From the NCBI GenBank assembly GCA_963793305.1, contig CAWBZV010000003.1:832001-896000 (forward strand): a stretch of DNA of 64,000 bases. Direction: 5' to 3'. The notes beneath the pieces are model-generated. The model saw only the letters and a program-made list of their open reading frames with translations. It was not told where the DNA came from and made no database searches. Origin of the DNA: an uncultured Gemmatimonadales bacterium (GTDB lineage: Bacteria; Gemmatimonadota; Gemmatimonadetes; Gemmatimonadales; Gemmatimonadaceae). The translations under genes were made by a program, and so were the position numbers. Positions 1 to 10,940 of this stretch are shown here, one piece after another; within the stretch, counting starts at the first letter, position 1, and each line of letters starts with the position of its first letter.

Positions 1-2
1 TC

Positions 3-1193
3 CTGGTCACGGACGACCGGTCGAACATCATCCTGATGAACGAGCAGGCCGAGCGCTTGTTCGAGGCGCCACCTCCCACGGCGGTGACGACGGTGCGTGG
101 CCGGCGCGTGCAGGCCCAGGCCGTGCGCGGCAACGACATGAAGTTCACGAGTTTCATCTCCGATTTCGCGATGGCGACCGCGACCGCGCGCCGGGCGGAG
201 ATGACGCTGACGCGGCCGGATACCGGGGACGCGCTGCCGATGGAGGTCGTGTCCGGAAAGATCCGGAACGAGCGCGATGAGGCGATCGCGATCGTGTCCG
301 TGCTGCACGATCTCACCAAGCAGTACGAGAACGCGCGACTGTACGAGGAGTTGAAGCGGTCGAGCGAAGGCCTCGAGGCCAGAATTCGCGCGGCGACCGC
401 GGATCTGGCCGAGCAGAACGCGAAGCTCCAGTGGCAGACGCAGGAAGTGGAGCGGGCGAACACGCTCAAGTCCGAGTTCCTCGCCAGCATGTCGCACGAG
501 CTCCGAACCCCGATCAATGCCGTGCTCGGGCACACGGCGAACATGATCGAGGGCATCTACGGCGGCGTCTCCGACGATCAGTTGGAGATGCTCAAGCGCA
601 TCCGCTCGGCCGCGAACCATCTGCTGGCGTTGATCAACGATATCCTGGATCTGGCCCGGATCGAAGCCGGGAAGATGCCGTTGCGCATCGAATACGTGCA
701 CGTCAAGAGCATCGTGACCGAGATCTCGCAGCAGATCGAGCCGCTGGTGCGCCGCAAGGGGCTCGACTACGTGATCGAGGTCCCGCCCGACTGCCCGCCG
801 TTGCGCACGGATCGCACCAAGGTCAAGCAGGTGTTGCTCAACCTGCTGTCGAACGCGATCAAGTTCACGCCGCGCGGGAGGATTACGCTACGCGCCGAGT
901 GCGACGCGGATTCCGTGAAGCTCAGGGTGACCGACACGGGCATCGGCATCAAGACGAAAGACCTGAGTGTGATCTGGGAAGATTTCCGCCAAGTGGATCA
1001 GACGTTGATCCGCGAGTACGGCGGCACGGGCCTAGGCCTCAGCATCACGCGCAAGCTGCTGGAGCGGCTGGGCGGGCGGGCCGAGGTCGCGAGTGAGTAC
1101 GGGAAGGGGACGACGTTTACGGTGACGCTGCCGTGGCGCGTGGAAGAAGAGGCCCACGCCATCACGCCCGCGGATCAAGCGGCGCTGCCGTAG
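3..1193 (+). CDS. PAS-domain sensor histidine kinase (5' end outside window)
   Basis: Frame is open from the window edge (LVTDDRSNIILMNEQAERLF, PAS-like). H-box FLASMSHELRTP, N-box NLLSNAIKFT, DTGIGI and GGTGLGL motifs. Confidence 0.92.
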   Translation: MVTDDRSNIILMNEQAERLFEAPPPTAVTTVRGRRVQAQAVRGNDMKFTSFISDFAMATATARRAEMTLTRPDTGDALPMEVVSGKIRNERDEAIAIVSVLHDLTKQYENARLYEELKRSSEGLEARIRAATADLAEQNAKLQWQTQEVERANTLKSEFLASMSHELRTPINAVLGHTANMIEGIYGGVSDDQLEMLKRIRSAANHLLALINDILDLARIEAGKMPLRIEYVHVKSIVTEISQQIEPLVRRKGLDYVIEVPPDCPPLRTDRTKVKQVLLNLLSNAIKFTPRGRITLRAECDADSVKLRVTDTGIGIKTKDLSVIWEDFRQVDQTLIREYGGTGLGLSITRKLLERLGGRAEVASEYGKGTTFTVTLPWRVEEEAHAITPADQAALP

Positions 1194-1199
1194 GCTCTC

Positions 1200-1517
1200 T
1201 TAGTCCGCGCGGCCGCGGACCTCGCTCGCCCACTGCACGACCTGCTCGAGGAGCGCGCGCGCGCCCTCGCCGTCACCGCGCATCGCACCCGTTCGCGCCA
1301 TCGTTTCGGCGACCTCGCGCTTGATCTCGGTGACGACGCGCTCGGTGGGTTCGCCTTGCTCGCGCAGATGCGTCGCTTGCTCGCGAACCGCATCGCGGAG
1401 CTCATTGCGCGCGTTCGGGTCTGACGCGTCGGCGAGTCGCACGGCGATCTCCAAACGCTGCAGTGCGCCCGACGAGAGCCGTTTCCGGCGTGGCGCTGGC
1501 GAATCCGCGTTGATCAT
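1200..1517 (-). CDS. Hypothetical helical protein (105 aa)
   Basis: Fills the gap between flanking genes; amphipathic, protein-like composition; no recognised motif. Confidence 0.65.
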   Translation of the reverse strand: MINADSPAPRRKRLSSGALQRLEIAVRLADASDPNARNELRDAVREQATHLREQGEPTERVVTEIKREVAETMARTGAMRGDGEGARALLEQVVQWASEVRGRAD

Positions 1518-1559
1518 TCAGGGACGATCACTGGATCGCCCCTAAATGTCAACACGGTG

Positions 1560-2450
1560 TTACTGCCCGCGCGCGTACCCCATGAACTTCGCGCGCACCG
1601 GCCCGGTGCGCTGGCTGTTGACGAGTTCGTGATCAAACTCGCCATACGCTTGGCTCGCCACACGCACGGTCACGTTGTCGCCGACCTGCCACGCGGCCGT
1701 CTCGGTCTGATCCGCGGGATAAATATCCCACACACTGCCGTCATCGATTTGGACATAGCGGCTACCGGACCGAATACCCGTGACCGTATGCGCATTCGCG
1801 GGCACCGACGAGCGTGTGTTCGCCGCCGCGGTCGCCGCTGGTGCTGGAGCCGCGGGCACGAATTGCGACGTCGACGCACGCTGCTGCTGCGCGGCGCGCG
1901 TGGTGCTGTCGATGAGCGCGGCGCGATAACGCTCCAACCACATCTCCAGTGCTTGCACTTCTTGCGGCTTGAGCGTCGTGAGTCCCGTCGACGTGTATTC
2001 GTGGAGACTCATGAGCTCATCGAGATGCACACCGCTGCTATTGCCGGCGTTCGCCGACGCAGCTGGTATCGTGTCATACGTGCCCGCCGCCGCAACGGCT
2101 GGTGCGGCAGCTGGTGGGCCGACCGGCGCTGGGCGGTCGCCCATATAGACGCCGTTCGCTGGCGGAGGCGGCGCGTCGCTGGAGTAGTGGCTGCTGCCGC
2201 GGATCGTCGGCAACGTCGTGACTTGCGGCTGCGTAGCCGCTGTTGGCGCGGCGGGCGTGATGCCGGGCGCTGGCTGAGCAGTCACTGAGGGGGCGGGCGC
2301 TGAGGGAGCGGTGCTGTTACTCGCTCGACTTCTTGGCGACGAGTACACGATGCCCCAACCGTGTTTCGTCGTGTCCTGCTGTTGCTGCTGCGCGTGCGCG
2401 ACGGAAGCAAGCAGACAGAGTCCGAGTGCACCAATGCCGCGGTACCACAT
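1560..2450 (-). CDS. Secreted hypothetical protein with Pro/Ala-rich linkers
   Basis: AGGAG RBS before ATG 2450; signal peptide MWYRGIGALGLCLLASVAHA; small globular C-terminal domain (YVQIDDGSVWDIYP). Confidence 0.75.
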   Translation of the reverse strand: MWYRGIGALGLCLLASVAHAQQQQQDTTKHGWGIVYSSPRSRASNSTAPSAPAPSVTAQPAPGITPAAPTAATQPQVTTLPTIRGSSHYSSDAPPPPANGVYMGDRPAPVGPPAAAPAVAAAGTYDTIPAASANAGNSSGVHLDELMSLHEYTSTGLTTLKPQEVQALEMWLERYRAALIDSTTRAAQQQRASTSQFVPAAPAPAATAAANTRSSVPANAHTVTGIRSGSRYVQIDDGSVWDIYPADQTETAAWQVGDNVTVRVASQAYGEFDHELVNSQRTGPVRAKFMGYARGQ

Positions 2451-2590
2451 GGGACAGCTCCTGACGGTGTTCGTGTTAGTTGTCTCAGCACTTGCAAGTG
2501 TAGGACCGCCGCGTAACACGCATGCGACGGCCACCAAGAGCGAACTCGGCTACGCTCTTGTCCTACCCCAGATACACTCGCGTGTCCCCG

Positions 2591-4112
2591 TTACTGAGCG
2601 GGCAGCCTGAATTCCGCGGTCTGCTCGGTGCGGCGGCCCCGGCGGTCGGTCACGGTCACCGTCAGCGAGTAGGATCCGCGCGGCAGGCGCGGGAGCTGAT
2701 GATGCGTGCGGGTCGCGTTGGACCCCGCGCGGTCGTCGTATGCCTCGGTCGTCTCGTGCGTTGCGCCGAGGAGCTTTTGCAACCCGGATTCCTGTCTCGT
2801 CGCCGTTATCACGGTGTGATAGTGCGAGGCGCTCTTGAGGCCGCAGACACCGTACGCAATCATGGGCCCCGCATCCTCGTGCGAGTTAATCGAGTCGAGC
2901 ACGACGTGGAATTCGGTTACCCCGCCGCCAGCGTCACAGAACGTCTCTTTGGGCGCAACAGGCGCGGGCTTCGCCACGGGCTTGGGCTTCGGCTTGAGCG
3001 TAGCGGGCGCCAAAATCGGGGGCAACGCGGGGGTTGGCGCGGGCGCCGGGTCCGGCACGAGCGCAGTCACGGCCGCCAGTGTCACAACCGGAGCCGGTGG
3101 CGGCGGCAGCTTCGCCCGCCAGGTCGCATACATAGCAGCCGCAGCGGCGGTCGCGGCGAGCGCCAGGCCGCCCACAATCGCGCCCCACGGCGTACGGCGG
3201 CGACGCGGCGGCAATGCCGGAACTTCGAAGCGGGGAGTATCGACGCGAACTGGCTCAGGAGGAAGCTCGCCTAAGCCCTCCAATACGCGGAGCAACTCTT
3301 CGCCGTCCTGAAACCGGTCACTGGGTTCCTTCTCCAGCATCCGGCGAACGATCGCAAACAGCGACCGCTCCTCGTCGCTGTAGAGCGTTGGCGTCGGGAT
3401 CGGCGTCGTCACGTGCCCGTAGAGGATCGCAATCCCGTCCTCGCCGTCGAACGGCACTCGCCCAACCAGGCACTGATAGGCGACGACGCCCAGACTGTAC
3501 ACGTCCGCGCGCTGATCGAGCGGTCTGGCTCGCGCCTGCTCCGGGCTCATGTACCGCGGCGAGCCGACGGCCATGCCCGAGTTCGTGAGCGTGCGATGCG
3601 TGCCGACCTTCGCGATCCCGAAATCGGCCAACACCCAGCGGTCGTCGTCCCGCATGATGTTGTCCGGCTTGATATCGCGATGCACGACGCCATTCTTGGC
3701 CGCGTAGGCGAGCGCTCGGGCCGTATCCGTGAGCATCGCTCGGATCTCACCCGGGGCCAGCTTCCCGTTCGGCCGCTCGGCCAGCACCCGGGCGAGCGAT
3801 GGCCCGCGCAGGTACTTCATGACGATGTAGGAGACCCGCTCGCCGGACCGGCCGACCCGATAGATCGGGACGATATTCGGATGTTCCAGGGAGGCCGAAC
3901 GTCCGCGCCTCCCGCTGGAAGCGCTCCACGAAATCCGAGTCGAACGTCATCGCAATCGGCAAAACTTTGATTGCAACGTCCCGTCCCAACGAGCGATCGT
4001 GTGCCAGAAATACGACCGCCATGCCACCACGGCCGATTTCTGACCGCACGTCGTATTCGTCGGCCAGAGCGCTCTTTACAACGTCGAGGTCGGAGAGTTC
4101 GCCTACTATCAC
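2591..4112 (-). CDS. Hanks-type Ser/Thr protein kinase with TM helix and C-terminal external domain; +1 frameshift near 3898
   Basis: IGRGGMAVV, VAIK and FQREART in one frame; SASLEHPNIV, HRDIKPDN, DFG and YMSPEQ in the next. Removing one T joins them. Confidence 0.9.
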
Positions 4113-4212
4113 GCGATCTTGACGGGCACCATTTCTGGTTAGTCACGAAGGGCGGTCATTGTGACTCCCGTCACACCGAGAGAGCATGCACCGTTCATAA
4201 GTTGGTCACACA

Positions 4213-4494
4213 ATGATCGACCGCTATTTCACCCACGAAGGTGAGCAATGGCGATGCTCCGTCGCCGTCACGCCGGCCGCCCCCGCCGGCCGTCCGCGCA
4301 GCGCCGTGTCGGTCGAAGAGGGCCGCACGCGGCTCTACTTCTGGTCGGCGTCCGGTGAGATGCGGTCGATCCTCTACCCGACCCCCCGGCGCCTCACGGA
4401 AGAGGAGATCCAGGCCGTCCCCGACGACCAGCTCCGCGAGCTGCTCGATGCGCCCGACGTGAAAACCATGGGGCGCCTTCCCATCGCCGGCTAG
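4213..4494 (+). CDS. Hypothetical protein (93 aa)
   Basis: ATG preceded by a TAAGTT -10-like hexamer; GC3-rich codon usage. Confidence 0.7.
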   Translation: MIDRYFTHEGEQWRCSVAVTPAAPAGRPRSAVSVEEGRTRLYFWSASGEMRSILYPTPRRLTEEEIQAVPDDQLRELLDAPDVKTMGRLPIAG

Positions 4495-4577
4495 CTCGGC
4501 GCAGCCGAGCGTTTCCAACCGATCAGCTTCGGGGCGACCGCTCCAGCGTTGCCGCGAAGCGTCGCCGGCCCGGCGCA
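4493..4577 (+). repeat. Dispersed three-hairpin element, copy A
   Basis: GCTCGGC-GCA-GCCGAGC, CAACCGATCA linker, GCTTCG..CGAAGC, CGCCG-GCC-CGGCG. Similar to copies at 17153, 28606 and 29339. Confidence 0.8.
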
Positions 4578-4628
4578 AGAGTTCGCCGGATGCTCGACAA
4601 CTCGGGGGCCGGCGCTTACACGTTTGAT

Positions 4629-5336
4629 GTGGCAGATGAGACCGTGCTCGTCATCGATGACGAGCCGCAGATCCGCCGCGTCGTACGAAACGCCCTCAAG
4701 GACGAAGGCGAAGTCGCGCGGACCATAGAGGCGTCAACCGGGGCCGAGGGGATCGACCGGGCGGCGGCGGAGCGGCCGTCGTTGATCGTTCTCGATCTCG
4801 GACTTCCCGACATGAGTGGCGAGGCGGTCTGTCGCGAGATCCGCGGCTGGTCGACCGCGCCCATCATCGTCCTCTCGGCCCGCCACTCCGAGCGCGAGAA
4901 AGTCGCCCTCCTCGACGCCGGCGCCGACGACTACGTGACCAAGCCGTTCTCGACCGTCGAATTTCAGGCCCGGGTCCGCGCGCAACTCCGTCGGTCACGG
5001 CTAGCCGGCGCCGGAGAGACCGGCGAGCCGCTGGTCTTGGATGGCGGGGCCATCACGATCGATCTCACGAAGCCCCAGCTCATGAAGCAAGGCGCGCCAG
5101 TACACCTCACGCGCACCGAGTGGGAGCTCTTGCGCGTGCTCGTCTCCCACGCCGGGAAGACCCTGACGCACCGCGAGTTATTTACCGCCGTCTGGGGCAA
5201 CTCGTTCGGCGACGCGCAGCAGTACCTTCGCGTCCACATTCGGAGCCTGCGCCGAAAGATCGAGCCCGATCCCGTGCGGCCGCGCTACATCATTACGGAA
5301 CCAGGCGTCGGATACCGCCTCGAGCCGACCGCGTGA
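4629..5336 (+). CDS. kdpE: KdpE response regulator (OmpR family)
   Basis: Receiver motifs VIDDE, LDLGLPD, GADDYVTKPF; winged-helix C-terminus YLRVHIRSLRRKIE..PRYIITEPGVGYR; lies upstream of kdpFABC. Start could be 4590. Confidence 0.92.
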   Translation: MADETVLVIDDEPQIRRVVRNALKDEGEVARTIEASTGAEGIDRAAAERPSLIVLDLGLPDMSGEAVCREIRGWSTAPIIVLSARHSEREKVALLDAGADDYVTKPFSTVEFQARVRAQLRRSRLAGAGETGEPLVLDGGAITIDLTKPQLMKQGAPVHLTRTEWELLRVLVSHAGKTLTHRELFTAVWGNSFGDAQQYLRVHIRSLRRKIEPDPVRPRYIITEPGVGYRLEPTA

Positions 5337-6859
5337 CGCGTGTGACCCGCCGGCAATTCGGCGAATATGCACTCTGGGTTGCCGCGCTCTTCCTCGTGTG
5401 GGCCGCCATGTTGTCCGTGCGGCCGCGCCTCAACGAAGCCCACGTCGCCCTCACGTTCCTCCTCGTCGTCCTCGGCGCTTCGGCGCGCGGGGGCCGCACG
5501 TTCGGGTTGGCCATAGCGGGTGCGGCGTTCTTGCTCTTCGACTGGTTTTTCTTGCCGCCGTATGGCGCACTGTTGGTGAGCAACCCGCTCGATTACGTGG
5601 TGCTGCTCGCGTTCCTGGCCACGAGCTTCGTGGCGGCCCAGCTACTCTATCGAGCCCAGGCGGAAGCGACGCTGGCCCAGCGACGGGCGGCCGAAATCGA
5701 CCGATTGGCCGCGCTGGGCTCCGAGTCGCTGAACGCCGGCCAGCCGCAAGACGCGCTCTTTGCGGTGGCCGAGGTGATCCGGACGACGCTCAAGCTCGAT
5801 CAGTGCGTGATCTTCCCGCGCGAGACGCCGCCCGCCGTCACGCAGTCTCCGCCCGACGTGCGGGCCGATCGCACGATCGCGCCTGGCCTCGTCGCCTGGG
5901 TCCTGCAGCACGGGACCGAGGCCGTGCTCTCCGCCGACGGCACGACGCGCCTGGCGTGGGACGGTCCCGCGCGGCTGGAGGCCGTGCCACAAGCGCGGGC
6001 GCTGTTGATGCCGCTGCGCGTGCGCGAGCGTAACGTCGGCGTGCTCGCTATCGTGCGCGACCACGGGCTTGCCCTCGATGCCGAAGCCCGGCGCGTGCTC
6101 GATGCGCTCTCGTACTACGCCGCGCTCGGCGTCGAGCGGGCGCGGCTCGTGGCCGATGCGCAGCACGCCGAGGCGCTGCGGCAGGCGGACAAGCTCAAAG
6201 ACGCGCTCGTGGCATCGGTCTCGCACGATCTCCGGACGCCGCTCACCACAATCAAAGCGCTGGCCCACGACATCTCGAATGGCGGCGACGAGCGTGCGAC
6301 GATCATCGAGCAGGAAGCTGATCGGCTGAACGAGTTCGTCGCCAACCTGCTCGACCTGTCGCGGATCCAGGCGGGTTCATGGCAGCCGTGTCCCGAGGCG
6401 AACGAGGCCGAGGATCTGGTCGGCGCGGCGTTGCAGCGAGTGGCGGGTCCGCGTGGCAGCCGCGATATCACCGTCTCGCTCGACGATGAGCATGCCATCC
6501 TGATCGGGCGGTTCGATTTTACGGCGACGCTTCGCGCGCTGGTCAACCTGCTCGACAACGCGATCAAATATGCGCCGGCGACGGCGCCCATCGAGCTGTC
6601 CGTCCGGCGGGATGGCGACATGATTGCGTTCGCCGTGAGCGATCCCGGGCCGGGTATCCCGGCGTCCGAAGCCGAACGCGTGTTCGAGCCGTTCTACCGG
6701 CCACCCGGCACGCCGCCCGACATCGGTGGCGCCGGCCTGGGTCTCTCGATTGCCCGCGGCCTCGTCGAAATGCAGGGCGGGTCGCTGCGCTACTCGCCCC
6801 GGCCGGGTGGCGGCAGCGTGTTCACGCTCCGCGTACCTCTTCACGAAAAATTTATGTGA
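5333..6859 (+). CDS. kdpD: KdpD-like sensor kinase (4-TM DUF4118-like, GAF, HisKA, HATPase) lacking the N-terminal KdpD and Usp domains
   Basis: GTGA overlap with the kdpE stop; FDWFFLPPY membrane motif; SVSHDLRTPL, NLLDNAIKY, DPGPGI, GAGLGL. Confidence 0.85.
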   Translation: MTRVTRRQFGEYALWVAALFLVWAAMLSVRPRLNEAHVALTFLLVVLGASARGGRTFGLAIAGAAFLLFDWFFLPPYGALLVSNPLDYVVLLAFLATSFVAAQLLYRAQAEATLAQRRAAEIDRLAALGSESLNAGQPQDALFAVAEVIRTTLKLDQCVIFPRETPPAVTQSPPDVRADRTIAPGLVAWVLQHGTEAVLSADGTTRLAWDGPARLEAVPQARALLMPLRVRERNVGVLAIVRDHGLALDAEARRVLDALSYYAALGVERARLVADAQHAEALRQADKLKDALVASVSHDLRTPLTTIKALAHDISNGGDERATIIEQEADRLNEFVANLLDLSRIQAGSWQPCPEANEAEDLVGAALQRVAGPRGSRDITVSLDDEHAILIGRFDFTATLRALVNLLDNAIKYAPATAPIELSVRRDGDMIAFAVSDPGPGIPASEAERVFEPFYRPPGTPPDIGGAGLGLSIARGLVEMQGGSLRYSPRPGGGSVFTLRVPLHEKFM

Positions 6860-6904
6860 AGTGGCGGCTTGCATACGCGGCCTTAACGCCCACGCCGGTA
6901 GCAT
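6840..6904 (+). promoter_or_regulatory. Putative KdpE box(es) and -10 element of the kdp promoter
   Basis: TTCACG-AAAAA-TTTATG (6840-6856) resembles the 11-bp-spaced E. coli KdpE site TTTATA-N5-TTTACA. A second pair CATACG-N5-TTAACG lies at 6872-6888, and TAGCAT at 6899-6904. Confidence 0.55.
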
Positions 6905-6913
6905 CCATCCGCT

Positions 6914-7009
6914 ATGCTCGATCTTCTCTATGTCGCGATCACGGTCGTCTTCTTCGGCCTGATGCTCGCGTTCGTTCGCGGTCTCCAGATCTTAGGCCGC
7001 GACAAATGA
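6914..7009 (+). CDS. Small single-TM peptide upstream of kdpF (31 aa, MLDLLYVAITVVFFGLMLAFVRGLQILGRDK)
   Basis: Translated by hand because it is below the ORF-track cutoff. Hydrophobic helix; its stop overlaps the kdpF ATG (ATGA). Confidence 0.8.
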   Translation: MLDLLYVAITVVFFGLMLAFVRGLQILGRDK

Positions 7010-7095
7010 GCCTCGACGCGATGATCGGCGGTCTCGTGTCCGCCGTTCTTCTGGTCTATCTGGTCTACACGCTGCTCCGTCCCGAGAAGTTCTGA
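7006..7095 (+). CDS. kdpF: K+-transporting ATPase subunit F (29 aa)
   Basis: MSLDAMIGGLVSAVLLVYLVYTLLRPEKF carries the hallmark YLxYxLLRPEKF end; 2 nt before kdpA. Confidence 0.95.
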   Translation: MSLDAMIGGLVSAVLLVYLVYTLLRPEKF

Positions 7096-7097
7096 TC

Positions 7098-8795
7098 ATG
7101 ACGGTGAACGGCTGGGCCCAGATTGGGTTCTATTGCCTCGTGCTGCTCGCGGTGACGAAACCCGTGGGCCTGTACCTGGTCCGCGTCTACGACGGCACCT
7201 ATCGATGGCTCGCGCCAGTGGAGCGCGTCATCTACCGCGTGTGTGGCGTCGACCCCGACGACGACCACCACTGGACGCACTATGCCGCGTCGCTCTTGAT
7301 CTTCAGCGCCGCGACGATGCTCGTGACGTATCTCGCGCTCCGGTTGCAGCATCTCTTGCCGCTCAATCCGGAGCATCTCGCGGCCGTCACCGACCGGCAA
7401 GCATTCGAGACGGCGGCGTCATTCACGACGAATACGAACTGGCAGTCGTACGCGGGCGAGACGACGATGTCGTACTTCTCGCAGATGACGCAGCTCGCGT
7501 TTCACAACTTCGCGTCTGCCGCGGTCGGCATGGCGGCGGCGGTCGCCTTGGTGCGTGGCATCGCGCGGCAATCGGCCGGCCGGCTCGGCAACTTCTGGGT
7601 CGATGTCGTGCGTGGGACGTTGTACGTCCTCATTCCCGCCTCGATCGTGTTGGCCCTGTTATTCGTCCAGCAAGGCGTCATTCAGAATTTCAAGCCGTAC
7701 GTGCACGCGACGACACTGGAGGGCGGCGCGCAGACGCTGCCGATGGGGCCCGTCGCGAGCCAGGAAGCGATCAAGCAGCTCGGGACGAACGGTGGCGGGT
7801 TCTTCAACGTCAACGCCGCGCATCCGTTCGAGAATCCCACGCCGTGGAGCAACTTCCTGCAGATGCTGGCGATTTTTATTATCCCCGCCGGCCTCGTGTA
7901 CATGTTCGGCCACACCGTGAAAAGTCCCAAGCATGGCTGGGCGGTCTGGTCGGCCATGTTCATTCTGTTCTTCGCGGGCACGACGACCGCCTACTGGGCC
8001 GAGGCGCGCGGCAATCCGATCCACCAGGCGCGAGGGATCGCGGTCGCTGACGGCAATATGGAGGGCAAAGAGGTTCGCTTCGGGATAGTGAACTCGGCCC
8101 TTTACGCAACGATCACGACCGACGCCTCGTGCGGCGCGGTGAACGCCATGCACGACTCGTTCACGCCGATCGGCGGCATGATACCGCTCGTGAATATCCA
8201 GCTGGGAGAGCTCGTCTACGGCGGCGTCGGCGCCGGCCTCTACGCGATGATCATTGAGATCGTGCTCGCGGTGTTCATCGCCGGGCTCATGGTCGGACGG
8301 ACGCCGGAGTATCTCGGCAAGAAGATCGAGAGCCGGGAGATCCGCATGGTCATGGTGTACGTGCTCGTGTACGCCTTTGTCGTGCTCTCGTTCACCGCCG
8401 TCTCGGTCGTCACGAAGGCCGGGCTTGCGGGCCTCAACAATGCCGGGCCACACGGGTTCTCGGAGATCCTGTACGCGTTCAGCTCCACCGTCGCCAACAA
8501 CGGCAGTGCGTTCGCCGGGCTGACGGGGACGACGTACTACTACAACACGATGTTCGGGCTCGCGACAATGTTCGGGCGGTTCGCGATGATGGTGCCGGCG
8601 CTGGCGCTGGCCGGGTTCTTGGCCGAGCGGCGCGTGGCGCCGGAGACGGCCGGGACATTCCCCGTGACGACGCCGCTGTTCGTGGTGCTGCTCCTCGGCG
8701 TCATCGTCATCGTCACCGCGCTGACGTTCTTCCCGGCGCTCTCGCTCGGCCCGATCGTCGAGCACTTCCTGATGCAACATGGCATACTCTTCTAG
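7098..8795 (+). CDS. kdpA: K+-transporting ATPase subunit A
   Basis: [52 protein letters not shown]. Confidence 0.98.
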   Translation: MTVNGWAQIGFYCLVLLAVTKPVGLYLVRVYDGTYRWLAPVERVIYRVCGVDPDDDHHWTHYAASLLIFSAATMLVTYLALRLQHLLPLNPEHLAAVTDRQAFETAASFTTNTNWQSYAGETTMSYFSQMTQLAFHNFASAAVGMAAAVALVRGIARQSAGRLGNFWVDVVRGTLYVLIPASIVLALLFVQQGVIQNFKPYVHATTLEGGAQTLPMGPVASQEAIKQLGTNGGGFFNVNAAHPFENPTPWSNFLQMLAIFIIPAGLVYMFGHTVKSPKHGWAVWSAMFILFFAGTTTAYWAEARGNPIHQARGIAVADGNMEGKEVRFGIVNSALYATITTDASCGAVNAMHDSFTPIGGMIPLVNIQLGELVYGGVGAGLYAMIIEIVLAVFIAGLMVGRTPEYLGKKIESREIRMVMVYVLVYAFVVLSFTAVSVVTKAGLAGLNNAGPHGFSEILYAFSSTVANNGSAFAGLTGTTYYYNTMFGLATMFGRFAMMVPALALAGFLAERRVAPETAGTFPVTTPLFVVLLLGVIVIVTALTFFPALSLGPIVEHFLMQHGILF

Positions 8796-10940
8796 ACCGC
8801 TCTTCGATCCTCCGATCGTCAAGCGGGCGATCCGGGACTCGTTCGTCAAGCTCAATCCGGCGCATCTCGTCCGGAACCCCGTCATGTTCGTCGTCATGAT
8901 CGGGAGCGTGCTCACGACGCTCGTCGTCGTCCGTGACGCGGTCACCGGTCATGGTGAGCTCGGCTTCTCGATTCAGCTCACGCTGTGGCTGTGGTTCACG
9001 GTGTTGTTCGCCAATTTCGCCGAGGCGATGGCCGAGGGTCGGGGCAAAGCCCAGGCCGACACGCTGAGAAAATCGCGGACGCAAACCGTCGCCAAGCGGC
9101 TTCTCTCGCGTGATGACCGCGGGCACTTCGAAACTGTGCCCTCCTCCTCGCTCACCAAAGGTGACTACGTCGTCGCGCTTCCGGGCGACGTGATCCCCGG
9201 CGACGGCGACGTCGTCGAAGGCGTCGCATCGGTCGACGAGTCCGCGATCACGGGCGAATCAGCGCCTGTCATCCGGGAGTCTGGCGGCGATCGCTCGGCC
9301 GTCACCGGTGGCACGCGCGTCCTCTCTGACTATCTGGTCATTCGCATCACCGCGAATGCCGGCGAGACGTTCTTGGATCGCATGATCGCATTGGTCGAGG
9401 GTGCCACGCGCCAAAAGACGCCCAATGAGATCGCGCTGACCATTCTCTTGTCCGGCCTGACGATCGTGTTCTTACTGGCTGTTGTAACACTGCAGCCATT
9501 TGCGATCTACAGCGGGACGGCAATCAGTATCCCGGTCTTGGTGGCGCTTCTCGTCTGTCTCATTCCGACAACGATCGGTGGGCTTCTCTCGGCCATCGGT
9601 ATCGCCGGCATGGACCGCGTCATCCAGCAGAATGTTATTGCGATGAGTGGGCGGAGCGTCGAGGCTGCCGGCGACGTGAACACGCTGCTGCTCGACAAGA
9701 CGGGAACGATCACCCTCGGCAACCGCCAAGCCGTCGAGTTCGTCCCGATGCCTGGCGTGACCCCCGAGCAACTCGCCGACCGCGCCCAACTCGCGTCATT
9801 GGCCGACGAGACGCCCGAGGGTCGCAGCATTGTCGTGCTGGCGAAGGAAAAGTTCGGCCTCCGGGGCCGCCAGTTGAGCGACGCCGAGAACGTCCTGCCG
9901 CCGGCCCAGTTGGCCGCGGTCGGGGCCGAGGTAGGCACAGTCAGGATCGCGTCGCAGGAGAGCACGAGCATCGCGCAGCCAAAAGAATGTCGAGTTCGTG
10001 CCGTTCAGCGCGTCCACGCGCATGAGCGGCGTCAACCTGCGCGGCGGCGGCGCGCTGCGCAAAGGCGCCGGCGACTCGATCAGTCGCTGGGTGCAGGAGA
10101 ACAATGGCGCGATCCCCCCGGAGCTCGACGCCGCGGTCGCGCGGATCGCGCGCGAGGGTGGGACGCCGCTCGTGGTCGCCGAGAAGACCAATGGAGCCGC
10201 GCGGGTGCTCGGCATCATCTACCTCAAGGACATCGTGAAGGGCGGCATGCGCGAGCGGTTCGATCGCTTGCGGGCCATGGGCATTCGCACGGTGATGATC
10301 ACGGGCGATAACCCGCTGACCGCCGCGGCGATTGCTCAGGAAGCTGGGGTCGACGATTTCCTGGCCGAGGCGAAGCCGGAAGACAAGAATGGCGCTGATC
10401 AAGCGCGAGCAGGCCGGCGGGCGGCTCGTCGCGATGACGGGCGACGGCACGAACGACGCGCCGGCGCTGGCGCAGGCGGACGTTGGCGTCGCCATGAATA
10501 CCGGAACGCAGGCGGCGAAAGAAGCCGGGAACATGATCGATCTCGACTCGAATCCGACGAAGCTGATCGAGATCGTCGAGATCGGGAAGCAACTGCTCAT
10601 GACGCGCGGGTCGCTCACGACGTTCTCGATCGCGAACGACGTGGCGAAGTATTTCGCGATCATTCCCGCGATGTTCACGGTCACATTTCCCGTACTGCAG
10701 TCGCTCAACATCATGCGGTTGCACAGTGCGAACTCGGCGATTCTGGCGAGCGTCATCTTCAACGCCCTGATCATCGTCGCGTTGATTCCGCTGGCGCTCC
10801 GTGGCGTGCGATATCGGCCGATGGGTGCCGCGTCGATTCTTCGGCGCAATCTCTTCATCTACGGCGTCGGGGGCATCATCGTGCCGTTCGTATTTATCAA
10901 ACTCATCGACATGATCCTGGTCGCCACTCATGCTGCGTAA
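8779..10940 (+). CDS. kdpB: K+-transporting ATPase subunit B; +1 frameshifts near 9982 and 10388
   Basis: [38 protein letters not shown] and DLDSNPTK spread over three frames; each junction is repaired by removing one A. Confidence 0.96.

Noticed and set aside
2494..2508. Sigma-54 promoter on the minus strand upstream of the secreted protein (CGGTCC-N5-TTGC)
   Set aside because: Spacing is right but the -24 box match is too weak to list as a feature.
4510..4590. Repeat element as an integron attC site (YYYAAC follows a stop codon; copies B and D match RYYYAAC)
   Set aside because: No properly spaced complementary L boxes or GTTRRRY end in the copies, flanking genes are not cassette-like, and there is no integrase in the window.
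9975..10395. Programmed frameshifting or true pseudogenisation of kdpB
   Set aside because: Same +1 insertion pattern as unrelated genes across the window; no slippery heptamer; all motifs intact.
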